From the NCBI GenBank assembly GCA_053919585.1, contig CM132786.1: a stretch of 64,000 bases of DNA. The stretch is one strand, 5' to 3'. Positions 25,528-37,748 of the stretch are shown here, in pieces (within the stretch, counting starts at the first letter, position 1; the number at the start of each line of letters is the position of its first letter). The notes under the pieces are model-generated. The model saw only the letters and a program-made list of their open reading frames with translations. It was not told the origin of the DNA and made no database searches. This DNA is from Euprymna scolopes (Eukaryota). Made by a program: the position numbers and the translations under genes.

Positions 25528-25994
25528 GTGCCAGGCGTTGCTCGGGTGTTTGGAGGTGTGTGTTGAGAAAAAAAAGTGGTAGTAGGCAGGCACCGCGGAG
25601 GAAAAGAACGCGAACAAAAGTGACGTCTTTGCTGTTGCGTCCATCGCCAAAGCGGAAGTGACGAAGGTTTAAATTAAGGCTTATCAATCGAAAAAAAGGG
25701 ATGACTTTCGAAAATATCTGCGAAAAAAGCGACCTCTCCTTGTAGAAAAGTGCCAAGTTGAAGGTGGAGGAATTAATGTTTTAGGCCAATTTTCGATACT
25801 TGTCGTCCAAAGGACCGAACTTCAAAACGACACCGATCTCGTGAAAATCCGTCGCCTCTGTCGAAAGTTTTAGGCAGACATGCTAACATACATACATACA
25901 TACATACATACATACATACATACATACATACATGCATACATAGATACATACATACACACATACATTTAAGCAGACATGTGAGATTTATAGAAGA
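25528..25994 (-). mobile_element. Non-autonomous Helitron (family H1)
   Basis: ccaggcgttgctcggg hairpin and (CATA)n near the 5' TC end; homologous to 41263-41721. Confidence 0.75.
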
Positions 25995-27047
25995 TAATGT
26001 GGTAGACAATGAACAATAAATAACCATATTCAATAAATTTTCCGTAATGTCGCTTCCATGCAACCAATATTCACGATCTTCTTTACCAGTGGTTTACTTT
26101 AAAGTCCTTCTTTACTTCTTAGAAAAAATCCGAACATAATTTTCTACTACGAACAGAATCCAAGCGTGACTGATCTTCACATGTCTTATATATAAAATAT
26201 CTTTACATTTCTAAAGTATGTAAACAGATCCTGTCCTTGCCATGAGAATATAGGACACGCTTTTATTTGCTCTTGGAATGCCTTAACAATTGGTGAATCT
26301 CTAGTGGCTGAAACATTAACCGCTAATTTATCACCCCATATGTCTCTTCATCCACGTTGCTAAAATAATGCATTGGTAAGTTGTTTTTAACAGCATATTT
26401 TTTATGTTATGTTTTTCAAACCATTCTTGTTAAACCTATTCTCTTGTTATTTAATCATGCGTGTCCGAGTTGTCATGCTTTGATCATTATTGCAAATCCC
26501 CAAAATGCATTTTTTGTTGGAAAACGGTCCACATGTCTTAATATGTGTAGATTCATATTTTTGTTTAGAAGTCTTAATCTGTATTTTTTGTTTTGTATGA
26601 GTCCATTTCTATATTATTCGCATTTTTATTTCATACCAAAATAATATGATATCCATGGGAAAATTATTTATTTTGCCTACTAAAATTTATTTACTTTATT
26701 GTTAAACTACTAAATTTCTCGAATCATTAAACAATATAGCAATAGTCTTTAACTTCCAAAACGCTAAATTCACACTACCTACTAAACTCCAAACACAGTT
26801 TATTGCAACAATATAGCATATTAAAGACTTTTTTTTACAAGTACCTTAATGGGATGTATCCGACGAAACTGCATGCACCCCGTTTCAATGTAAGTATTCA
26901 TGAGCAATCTGACAAACAAGGAAAAACGTCAACTGTACACATTGTTAAGGGCTGCATATGAAATTGTAATCTCTCCTTTTTTCGGAAATTTCGAATTCCT
27001 TTCCCTGTTTCTTTTTTAAATTTTACTAACAAAAAGAAGTGTAAATG

Positions 27048-27911
27048 CAGGGTGGAACGATAAAATAGAATAGACGATATGATTTTATTTCCCTTTGAGG
27101 AAAACGGGTTTTCTTTTTTTATTGCAAACTTTATACTAGTTGGCCAGTTGTGAGCAAATCCTCAAAACGATAAATGCCTTCTATCATGCCTGAAAGTAAC
27201 ACAATGCGAGATAGGAGATCCGCCGATGTACAACACATACTCTCAACGAATCCAAGTTATGACTATAGATCATTGCCAGCACCCTCAACATGCAAATCCG
27301 AGCGTATTAATTCTTAAGCGCACAGCTCAATGAAGTTTCGGGCCACGGTAATGGTCTTTGATGTGGTTTCAAGTGAAGGTCACATCATGTCCCCTTATAT
27401 CTTCGAGTTGACTTGGAAGTCAACATCCAAGTGTACATGGATGGGGTGAAGAGTGTGGTGATTCGCTGGTGCAATCAGGTGGCCGCTTGCAACCCCTGGA
27501 TTCGGCAGCAGAATTCGGTGCCGACCCACAAGTCCAAAGAGACCCAAGCTTGGCTTAAGGAGTGCGACGACGTTGTGCCCTTCTCTCAATGGCACTCCTT
27601 CTCTCCTTATCTGAACTCGCTGGACTACTCCGTTTGATTACACTTCGAGGAACTAACCACCTTGACCTACCACAACATCAATCCCAGCCATCCGCTGAGT
27701 ACTCGCGGAGCTCATGCCGGCCCTGAGGAAGAGACATGCTCCCAGTTCCGGACCCATATCAAGGCGGTGAATGAGGCTGAAGGTTGCTACATTAAATAGA
27801 TGTCAGCTTTACTACATAATTAAGTTACCTGAATAAATTTTTCATTAACACTTTTTAAACAAATCTAAAATATTGTTTTCTTAAAGGTTGCAGTTTTATC
27901 CTTTCACCCTG
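27048..27911 (+). mobile_element. maT/DD37D-like Tc1-mariner element, internally deleted
   Basis: TIRs CAGGGTGGAACGATAAAA / TTTTATCCTTTCACCCTG-TA; VMVFDVVSSEGHIM, QQNSVPTHKSKETQAWL, SPYLNSLDY, EAEGCYIK. Confidence 0.88.
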
Positions 27912-28511
27912 TATAAAATTGAGCAAAGTAAGAAAAAGTAAATAAACATATAATATGAAATGTTACAGCAGATAGTTAAGAATGTATATTAAAAACGAAG
28001 AGCAAAAAGAATATAGAAAATAATAAACTAAGAGACAAAAGAGGCTTCTGTTAAAGCTTGGAGACGATGGAATAAAGAAGAAAAACATTTAAAAAGTTTT
28101 AAAAAAGTAAGTAAACAAATCTGCGTCAGAGGGCATATGCCAAATTAATGAGAACGACGCTACATTGTCATAAAGACACGCATATATATATATATATCAT
28201 TCAACCACGGTAGTGGTTGAATATATGCTTAAGTCCGAAATTGAATGAATCGAGACACATTCAAACCCCCACCACTAATTCCGTTCGCAACATAATTGCA
28301 AACAGGTTATATAGTTGGATAGAACACCTAATTAGCTACATTTTGAAAAGAGAAATTTCGAAAATTGGTTCAGTAGAAAAAAAGTTACAACAAAATATGT
28401 GGGTTCACAAACAGGAGAGTAAGTACATAAGTGACTAACGCTTTTTTTTTTATTTTGCATAACTTTTTTTGTATATAAATATTTTTTACTGCGATTTTGC
28501 CAATATGACAT

Positions 28512-28570
28512 GTTAGCGTAACGGTTAGAGTACCGGGGGTTGGTGGAAAGATTTTAGGTTCAATCCCGTG
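28512..28570 (+). pseudogene. tRNA-like A/B-box fragment (SINE head)
   Basis: TAGCGTAACGGTTAGAGT ... GGTTCAATCCC. Confidence 0.4.
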
Positions 28571-28759
28571 TATCGTTTTTTTTTTTATAATTAAAAAACC
28601 GAACTTTTTTTTTAATAACTAATTTTTTTTTAACTCTCCTTATGATTTTATAGCAAAAAATGGTGAATTTATCGATTAAAAATATTAGTGAATTCTATGA
28701 TATACATATTCTTTGAATGAACTCAAATTTTTCGTTATCACATTTGATGAAAAATGTAG

Positions 28760-29152
28760 TCCCATTTTGGCAATGCGTCTGACCAATGATGCTTTTGAAC
28801 CCGCGACCAGCACTGCAATGTCATCAGCATCAGCATGGGCATAAATATTCCTATTTTTAAACTCCTTTAAAAGATGATTCAGCATACAGCTCCATAGTAA
28901 AGGTGATAAAATCCCACTTTTGGGGTTTCATTTAACTACTTCCCTTTTAACAGTTGTCCTTAGTAGTTCTACTTGAACTGTTCTGTGCCTCACCATATAC
29001 TCAATCCATAGGATGAGTACTGGTGGCACATTGAGTTCTCGTAGCGACTTGAACATACTACTGAAGGGTATGTTGTCAAAAGCTCCAACGATATCTAAAA
29101 AGACACCGAGTGCCATCTTCTTTTTTGTTAGTTTACGCTCTATACAGATCAC
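28760..29152 (-). mobile_element. LOA/R1-like non-LTR RT fragment
   Basis: ALGVFLDIVGAFDN, GILSPLLWSC, ADDIAVLVAG; disrupted. Confidence 0.8.
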
Positions 29153-29807
29153 GAATTCATGAACCGCAGTCTCGGTAAAGACCCTGGCTCGGAACTACTA
29201 CGATTGAATGATAAATATTGCATACATGTGTGTTTGAGAGCTAATTTTTTTGGACAATCATTAATAAATATTATAAATTTATATATTAATACAATAGCAA
29301 TGCCTGGAAAAATCATGGATTATATGGAAAAATGCGCGCATGAAAAGTAATATTCTTAAGATTTTATTAAACCTGGAAAAGTAAAGGACAAGAAATTGAA
29401 CCTGGAAAAGTAAAGAACAAGATATTCTAGTAAAGTAAAAAATAAGAATTTTTTAGACTTAAAATATTGCAGCTAAAAATAAAATGTGAATATTGATAAA
29501 TATTTTATTTATTATTTGCATATGTTTTTGTTTATTGTTCAGTTAGAAAGAATTAAATGATCCTAATTATTATATAATAAAACTATTAATTTTTATGTAA
29601 ATTATAAAATTATTAATTCCATCTACTAAATAACTAACTAATGAATTAATTTTATTCAAACAATTTTCACTACATAAATATATGCAAATAATAGGGGGGG
29701 GGAATAAGTTCAATCCAGCGACTGACACCCTTTCTAACTCAACAATAAACAACAACATATGCAAATAATAAATAAAATATTTATCAATACACAAATTTTA
29801 TTTTTCC

Positions 29808-29867
<60 letters not shown>

Positions 29868-29871
<4 letters not shown>

Positions 29872-31458
29872 ACAATTGACTAAAAACATTAATATCTTCC
29901 CCTTCAACTAGGCACTTTTCTACAGGGGGGTACTGTTTTCGTTATCCTCTCCTTTAGTTTGTCCAGCCTTAATTTAAAAAAATGCGTATTTCCGTTTGGC
30001 GGTGGTCGTAACAGCATAAACGTTAGGTTTTACCCCGTTCTTTTTCTCCTTTTCGGTACGGGTTCGAGCCTGCCTTCCTACTACCACTTTTTATTTTTTT
30101 TGATCAACATACACATCCAAACACCCGGGCAACGCCGGGCTGAAATGCTAGTATATCTATAAAAGTGAACAGGTCTGTGTGTGTGTGTGTGTCTGTGTGC
30201 GTGTCTGTGTACATTTCCCTACGCAATAACTCTGTCAATTTTTAGTCTACAGGCTCGAAATTTGATGTACAGAGTACTGAGATTTGGGAAAATCGATGTG
30301 ATCGGTTTTGGGCCAGAAATTTGGAAGGGGCCAAAGTTCAACGATTTCACCTTTGAGAACTCTACCAAACTCCTCCGACAATTTTGGGTCTACGCACTTG
30401 AAATTTTAGATATAGGTTTCTTGGACATGGATCTAACTTAATAACTCGATTTGAGCCCAAAACAATAAATTTTAAGGGGTCATAATAGGGGTTAAAGCTA
30501 AAAACATTGACCTCTGCGGTCTCTTCCAAATTACTCAGACGATTTCTGGTCTAAATATTTGAAATTTTACATAAAGGGTATTCAGAGATAGGGCAAGCTT
30601 TTTCATCAGTTTGGGTCGAAAATTTTTAGTTACCAATATATAAATGTATGTATGTATGTATGTTTGCACGTCTGCCTTAAACTTTCAATAGAGGCGACGG
30701 ATTTTACCAAGATCAGTATCATTTTTAAGTTCGACCTTTCATACGACAAATATAAAAAAATTGGCTAAAAACATTAATATCTTCCCCTTCAACCAGGCAC
30801 TTTTCTATAGGGGGGCACTTTTTGCCGATATTTTTAAAATTTATCTTCTCCTTCTATCTGTCTAGCGTTAATTTAAAAAAAACATTTCGCTTCTAGTTTG
30901 ACGGTGGTCGTAACAGCATGAACGTTAGGTTTTACCCCGTTCTTTTCCTTCTTTGCCGTACGGGTTCGAGCCTGCCTTCCTACTACCACTTTTTATTTTT
31001 TTTGATCAACATACACATCAAAATACGGGAAACGCNNNNNNNNNNNNNNNNNNNNNNNNNNNNNNNNNNNNNNNNNNNNNNNNNNNNNNNNNNNNNNNNN
31101 NNNNNNNNNNNNNNNNNNNNNNNNNNNNNNNNNNNNNNNNNNNNNNNNNNNNNNNNNNNNNNNNCAATAACTCTATACATTTTAAACCGACAGACTCGAA
31201 ATTTGATATATAAGGTACTGAGATTTGATCTTTAAGAACTCTATCATACTACTTCTAAAATTTTGGGTTTAAACACTTGAAATTTTAGATATTGGTTCCT
31301 TGGGCATGGATTTAACTTAATAACTTGATTTGAGTCCTAAACAATAAATTTTAAGGGTTTATAATAGGTATAATCGGGGTCAAATTTTAAAAAATTGACT
31401 GATTTTTTTAGCTCAGCATACACCTCAAACTCCCGGGCAACGCCAGGTACCCATGCTA

Positions 31459-31459
<1 letters not shown>
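29868..31459 (+). mobile_element. Head-to-tail cluster of non-autonomous Helitrons (H1/H2)
   Basis: 3' ends cccgggcaacgccggg..CTAG at 30151 and cccgggcaacgccagg..CTAG at 31459. A new TC start with (TG)n at 30156. 29870-30120 is repeated at 30760-31025. Confidence 0.8.
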
Positions 31460-31505
<46 letters not shown>

Positions 31506-31509
<4 letters not shown>

Positions 31510-32287
31510 TGAAAGTTTTTAACCTTTAAAACTATACAAAAATACTTTTTATCATTCGTTAGAAAACCATCTAGTAAGTAAGTCATTTAATCACCTGCAA
31601 TCACTGCATCAACTCGCTCTCGAATTTACTATAATACCAATAATTTATTTTTCAAGGGATAATCAGTTGTTTACCATGAAACACTGTTTCGGGGATTTAA
31701 AAACAAAACAGTATATTACATCATGGCTCCCCAGCAGTGTTGATCAAACACCACCATCCTTAATCTTAGGAAGAAGACATGTTTCAAACATTTGATCCAG
31801 TTTTCTATTCTTAATTGCAATTACTAACCTTTTCATACTATAAAAATGAATTTCTTACCTGTGCGATTCATCAATTTCCACATTTAAAATGGATACCTTT
31901 TTTTATTTTTTTGATTTATCAGTCTCGTATTTATAAGATTAGGATGAACCCATTTAAGTACTTATCACCCCCACTATGATTAGTATTTAGTATATTTACA
32001 TTCTTATTTAAAATTAGATATATAAAGGTTAAAAATATTTTTACATATATACATTTTTTTAAATATATACATGTATTATATGTAATTATAAATACCTTTT
32101 ATACATTGCTAATATAGTTTTGGATTTCCTTTATTAATATAGTCTGGTTTATCTTAAACGATTCAAAAGCATCAGGATAACGAACAAATGCTTTATTTAA
32201 CTGTTTTAATATTTTATTTTTATCCCCACCTTGTTTTATCATCCTTATTACTAAACTAGAAACTGGTGGTATAAAGTCTGTTAGTTT
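31506..32287 (-). mobile_element. Penelope-like element (Naiad/Chlamys-type RT C-terminus plus 3' region), copy 1
   Basis: DFIPPVSSLVIRMIKQGG..LNKAFVRYP. Colinear with 48532-49310. Abuts (TA)n. Confidence 0.75.
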
Positions 32288-32829
32288 NNNNNNNNNNNNN
32301 NNNNNNNNNNNNNNNNNNNNNNNNNNNNNNNNNNNNNNNNNNNNNNNNNNNNNNNNNNNNNNNNNNNNNNNNNNNNNNNNNNNNNNNNNNNNNNNNNNNN
32401 NNNNNNNNNNNNNNNNNNNNNNCAAGCATGTCAACTTAAAAAAGGATATGAATATTAATAGTTATATAGCATCCTAAACCTAATAAAAAAGCTCAATACA
32501 ACCAAAATAGAAAATACACTCGTATATATTTATGAATGCAAACCCACGCAATGACAAAATGCCAAGGTAGGAGCAGACATAAAGTGTTGAGTTAGTAAAG
32601 TCGTGTCATCAGATGTAGAGTGCCACAACAGCATTCTGTTAATAAGGAGAAAAAAATGAGAACGGAAAGAATATGGTAAGTAAAATTTAACGATGTAAAA
32701 ATTAATAAATTGTAATGGATAAAATATAAAGAAAATAAAAGAAAAAATAAAATAAGAAGAAAATTTCAAAAGTGTAAGTACATTTATACGTAATATAGAA
32801 AGCACATGCATATCGGTATGTAAACATCC

Positions 32830-33415
32830 TCATGATGATGATTGCAACGTCTTGTCAGACGCGTGCCACTCCCTCAGGCACTTAAAGTCCATGAGCCCAA
32901 AAATGACTTCCATCATCACAGGGCCATTTTTATAGACAAATGCCTGAGCGAGTATCTATACACAGATGATGTTACAGAGTCTTAGCTTTGTACGACAGCT
33001 AAGTCTCTCTCGGTTCAAAATGTTGAGATCCGGCAACAAGAAAGAGCAAGATAGCCAGTAACAAGTTAAAATGCAGACCAGCTTAATGCGGGTCCTGGTC
33101 TCCCGTTTTATGTTTTTTTTGTAATAAGAGATTTGCCTCTCCTAGAAAGGTTGCCTTCACTACGGCTTACGGGAGCCCTTTTCACCCCAGCACACACATA
33201 CATGCACACAAACACACACGGTGCTAGTTGGCCGTTGACCCAGAAAAAAAGTACATTCGCCCTTTGAAAGATCTTGTTTTTAATCCTTCAGGGAGACTAG
33301 CCACCCTCCTCACCAAACAAGTCTGGTGGGGGAACGAGTTTAGTCGCCGGTGAACCGACCATGAGGCAGGTAGTACTTGGTTACATGGTACCAGTAGTAT
33401 ATGCCATAACCTGAC
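32830..33415 (-). mobile_element. Non-autonomous RTE-type element (RTE 5' UTR motifs, (ATC)-like tail)
   Basis: Reverse complement has ggcgactaa and gaaggcaacctttctaggagagg, both typical of RTE 5' UTRs. Its 5' 80 nt recur at 34598-34676. Confidence 0.55.
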
Positions 33416-33477
33416 TGCATCCTCATACACACAAGTACACATACATACATGCATACATATTTATATGCATATATATA

Positions 33478-33939
33478 CTAGCGGGGGTACCCGAGGCTGC
33501 CCGGGTGTATATAGATGGTGTATTAAGGAAAACCAAGGGGGGCGGTGTTCAAATAGTGGTAGTGGCGGTGGGGAGATAAAAACAACAGCAGGTAGCTCGG
33601 GTAGAGAGAGTTGTTAAAAAGTGATAGTAGGCAGGCAGGCTCGAACCCCTAACGCGAAGGCGGAAAAGAAGGTGTAAAAAAATGAAACGCTTAAGCTGAT
33701 ATGTTCATCGCGAGACCGGAAGTCGCGATCGTAGGAATTTAGGGTAGTCACTCGAAAGGAGACGATAACTTATGAAAATGTCGACGAAAAAAGCGACTCT
33801 TTCCTTATTGAAAACTGCTCAGTGAAGGGTGAAGGAATGAAGGTTTTGGGCCAATTTTCGATATCTGAAGAGATTCAGCTTTAAAACGATACCGATTTTG
33901 TCACGTTCCGACGCGTCCGTCATATAATAATTATTTAGA
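33478..33939 (-). mobile_element. Non-autonomous Helitron (H1-related)
   Basis: a|CTAGcgggggtacccgaggctgcccggg; shares gtaggcaggcaggctcgaaccc with H1. Confidence 0.7.
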
Positions 33940-34597
33940 TATTAGTCAAATCGCTTTCCGTCACTAAAATTGGTTTAAACATGACTCAAAAACAACTTAT
34001 TTTTCTGAAACTTTATTTTAGTAAAAAAAACCAAACAAACTAAAAAACATTCTATGGAAGTCAAATGTACCCCTATAATTTTATAATACGTCACCTGTAT
34101 GTACTGAAACAGGTTTATCACACTATTCTTATGTGGATTTATATTAAAAGAAAAGCCTTGTTAAACTTTGTGACATATTTCTATTTTTTTTAAGTTCATA
34201 ATACAATCTTTTTATAATAATTTTATTATACAATATTTCTTCAAACTGAACCATAATTATCAAAGTATACTTACGCGGACAGATATCAAAAGTGTTTGCA
34301 AAAGTTTGTGGCATATTTCCATTCTATGCAGGCTAGGCGTGAACGCAGACACCACGATTTTATTATACCATCCATTTTCAAGCTGAACAATACTTATCTA
34401 AGTATTCTTATGCGTATATATGCCAAACATCCTTGTAAAAGATCTTGTTTTGTTTTTATTTCCATTCTTTGGGGAACTGGCGCGTACTCAAACCCCAGAA
34501 TTGTAATAAACTACTACTGTTGAAAATGTAACATAGCCGTTTTTACTCCTTGATACCTTTTCTATTATTGTATGGTGTCAGTTTAGTATAATAGTAA

Positions 34598-34676
34598 AGT
34601 TTAGTCGCCGGTGACCCGACCATGAGGCAGGTAGTACTGGGTTACATGGTACCAGTAGCATATGACATGACCTGAC
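34598..34676 (-). mobile_element. Isolated 5' end of the RTE-type element
   Basis: Near-identical to 33337-33415 and ends at the same base. Confidence 0.6.
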
Positions 34677-34697
34677 ATACATACATACATATATACA

Positions 34698-34753
<56 letters not shown>

Positions 34754-34779
34754 TCAACTTCAAGTGTATTAACTTAATT

Positions 34780-34836
34780 CATTACAAGTTGTTTCAATAG
34801 AGGGGATAAAGATTATCCGTTCATATCATCAGATGG
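34780..34836 (-). ncRNA. Type I hammerhead ribozyme (partly degenerate) in a Penelope pseudo-LTR (about 34752-35200)
   Basis: Reverse complement cat-CUGAUGA-[ggataa/ttatcc]-GAAA-caacttg-UA-atg. Confidence 0.6.
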
Positions 34837-35211
34837 TTTAAGTTAAAATAAAAATAAAAATTTAGGTTTACATAAGGATATAAAAGGCCAGGACAGTAGA
34901 AGTAAGTGATAGAGAGTGATGGAGGGCTTAAGGTGGAAAAGAAAAAGCGAGAGAAACACTAGAGAAATAATAATAAAAAGAAAAAAATACATATATAACT
35001 TAAGTTAAATGTTTTTTAAGTTATCAATATAAGACAGAGCAAGAGATAGGAGAGGGGTAAAAAGTCGGAAGTGAAAAAGGGGGAGAATTAATAGTCGAGC
35101 ATCTCACAAAATTGGTTTTGTATTGGATGGTGACTTGCATGTGTCTTAAGGTCAGAAATGGGTTGGTTTATCGTTGTTTTTTACAAAATATACCTCTTAA
35201 TACACACACAA

Positions 35212-35255
<44 letters not shown>

Positions 35256-35274
35256 TATATTAGATTTTTGTTTA

Positions 35275-35319
35275 GCCGCACTGATGAGTTGTGATACAAC
35301 GAAACAGTACTGTATGTGG
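35275..35319 (+). ncRNA. Minimal type I hammerhead ribozyme, intact core
   Basis: ccgca-CUGAUGA-gttg(tgata)caac-GAAA-cagtactg-UA-tgtgg. Palindromic stem III; GUA cleavage predicted after 35314. Confidence 0.88.
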
Positions 35320-35507
35320 ATGACAAATTAAAGCCCCCCTCTTTGGGTTGAGCACTTTGTAAATATATTTTCACACGACGTGTATTTAAGCAATTAAGCG
35401 AAGCCCACCATGTACTTGTTTGTAAACAAATGATGGTTTGAGCACTTTCTGCGGCGGACGAGCGTGGATTTGATACACAATCAAGGAGAAATATTTACGG
35501 TAGTGAT

Positions 35508-35566
35508 TCGTAGCCCGATAGTTAGAGCTGTCAACGCGACGGTTGTAGGTTCGATCTACAGCTGGG
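35508..35566 (+). promoter_or_regulatory. tRNA-like Pol III internal promoter (A and B boxes)
   Basis: TAGCCCGATAGTTAGAGC and TGTAG-GTTCGAT-CTACA hairpin. Confidence 0.6.
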
Positions 35567-35582
35567 AAAAGGTGTTTGTCTT

Positions 35583-35629
35583 GCCGCACTAAAGAGCTAT
35601 GATACAACGAAACAGTGCTGTATGTGGAT

Positions 35630-35632
<3 letters not shown>
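35583..35632 (+). ncRNA. Second, mutated copy of the 35275 hammerhead
   Basis: gccgca-CUAAAGA-gcta(tgata)caac-GAAA-cagtgctg-UA-tgtggatgac. Confidence 0.75.
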
Positions 35633-35700
<68 letters not shown>

Positions 35701-35801
35701 TAGACAACCCGTGACCCATTTGGTCACTCAGTGTTGAGAAATTATAGCAACATTTAATAAATCCAATAAACGTGATTGATATGAGTGCTGGTTGTTGGCC
35801 C

Positions 35802-35863
<62 letters not shown>

Positions 35864-36077
35864 TGTTGTGCCGATGAATCGGAATCGGAATCGGGAATCG
35901 GTTAAATCGGTAATTTTCGGGGAATCGGAATCGGCATCGGAATCGGAAAAATTTGTGTATAATTTCCGATTCCAAAATCGATTCTTTGAATATTTTTCAA
36001 AAGTTAATTTTCAATTGCTTGTACCGATTATAAATATTTATTTCTTTTAAACTATTAGTAAGACTAAACTCTATAGA

Positions 36078-36287
36078 TCTACGTACTCGTTATAGAATGA
36101 AGTTCTCATAACAAAATCACGTAATTTCATTAAATAGTTTTTGTTTTACGCTCCCTTGACTAATTATCGCAGTTTTTTTAGGAAGATTCCGATTTTCCCA
36201 AATCGTTTTTACGGCATAAAATAAAAACTATTTGATGAAATTACGTGATTTTTTTATGAGAACTTCATTCCATAACGAGTACGTAGA
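36078..36287. repeat. Internal inverted repeat with about 65-bp arms (MITE-like)
   Basis: tctacgtactcgttatagaatgaagttctcata.. / ..tatgagaacttcattccataacgagtacgtaga. Confidence 0.85.
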
Positions 36288-36831
36288 ATATATATATATT
36301 TTTTATTTTTCGTTTTTTAACATAGTGTAAACTGCACAAGCACCCTTTTTTAATACGTGAAGACAGTTTAGAGCTTCATCCTAGATCTAAAAATAATTTG
36401 GTTTTTAGTGGGTTTACAAATATCGTCCAAAAGTAGAATTTCAATGAGGGGGGACTTTTAAATGTAAATATAATTTCTTTTTCAATCTGAAAATTTTCTA
36501 AATGTTTTCTCTTTATCTATTTTATCCAGACTTTGATAAATTCATTGTGAGATATTCATGTATATTTTTAACTTTTCCGAAACCCGAGAAAAATGCGACG
36601 GTGTCAGACAATGTGGCTCCAGGAAAATAAAATAAAACTCTATTCGTTTGAAATCTTTTCAGATTAAACTCCTTGAGAAATTTGGCAAGTGGGTGTGAAA
36701 AAGTATTGTTGTCGAAACCAACGGCATCGAAGGTGTTAATTACCCCATAATACTTTCAACTCAACTTTTGAGTGAGATTGGCGGGCTTCAGCGAGGCCTC
36801 CGTGACTTTTCACAATTTTGCCCATTCCTTG

Positions 36832-37748
36832 TTGGTCCCCCCGATTTATCGGAGAGGGACTATAGTTATCAGTGGCGTTCGTCCGTTCGTCCGTTCGTTT
36901 GTCCGTTCGTCCGAATGATTCCCGGATAACCGTCCATTACTTTTTTCTGAAATTTTGCCACAAGTTGTACTCCTATACGTAGATGTGCACAACATCGAGT
37001 TTTTTTTAAAGAAAACTCTCGTTGCTCCCCCAGGGGCTGAAAAGGGGTCAAAAATGCCCAAAATGGCAAAAATGACACTTTTGGCCCCATAACTTTTTTC
37101 CCGTCCATTAGATTTTACTGAAACTTGTCCAAAATGTGAAGGTAATTGTTGCAAATGTAAATTCAGTATCGCTGACCCTGGCAAAACTCTGGTTTGCGCC
37201 CCCGGGAACTTTTAGGGCTAAAAATTACCCCTTTTTTAGGCTCTTTTTTTTTCATATTTGTCTAAAATGTGATTATGTATCTCTATTTAGTGTTTTTTTA
37301 TGGGGCTGAACTCAAATTTACATGTCTTAAGGCCTGAAACATAGCCGTTTGTCCATTTTTACAAGTAATCAGCTCCCCCATGGGGGCAAAAGAGGTAAAA
37401 AAAATACCTCAAAATGACTCTAAATAGACAAAATTGACATTTTTTTCAGAATAACTTTTCATCCATTAATTAGATTTTTCTGAAACTTGGCAAAACCATG
37501 GGCATACCTGATATACACCTGATGGAAGTATCACTGACCCTGGGAAAAATCAGAGTCACAAGCCCTGGAGGTTTTAGGGCTAATATTGGGTGTGGAGCAA
37601 AAGTTGAACTTAGTCATTTTTCTGAAAACTTTTGAAAATTTTTTTTTCACTCAAAATTGTTTTTTTATCAATTATGTATCACTTTTTTTATCACTTTATT
37701 CGATCCCCCCTCCTTACATAGAGGGGGACCATGCATGCACGGCTTGTT
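36832..37748 (+). mobile_element. DINE-1/HINE-like non-autonomous Helentron nested in the hAT-like element
   Basis: Subterminal IRs ggtccccc / gggggacc, 5' stem-loop, (GTCC/GTTC)n microsatellite, internal duplication of about 360 bp, TT flanks. Confidence 0.65.

Noticed and set aside
26000-26640. Degenerate coding remnant on the minus strand
   Set aside because: No recognisable motif; would need a translated search.
35386-36050. IYIYIY-containing ORFs (also elsewhere in the window)
   Set aside because: Translations of (TA)n microsatellites.
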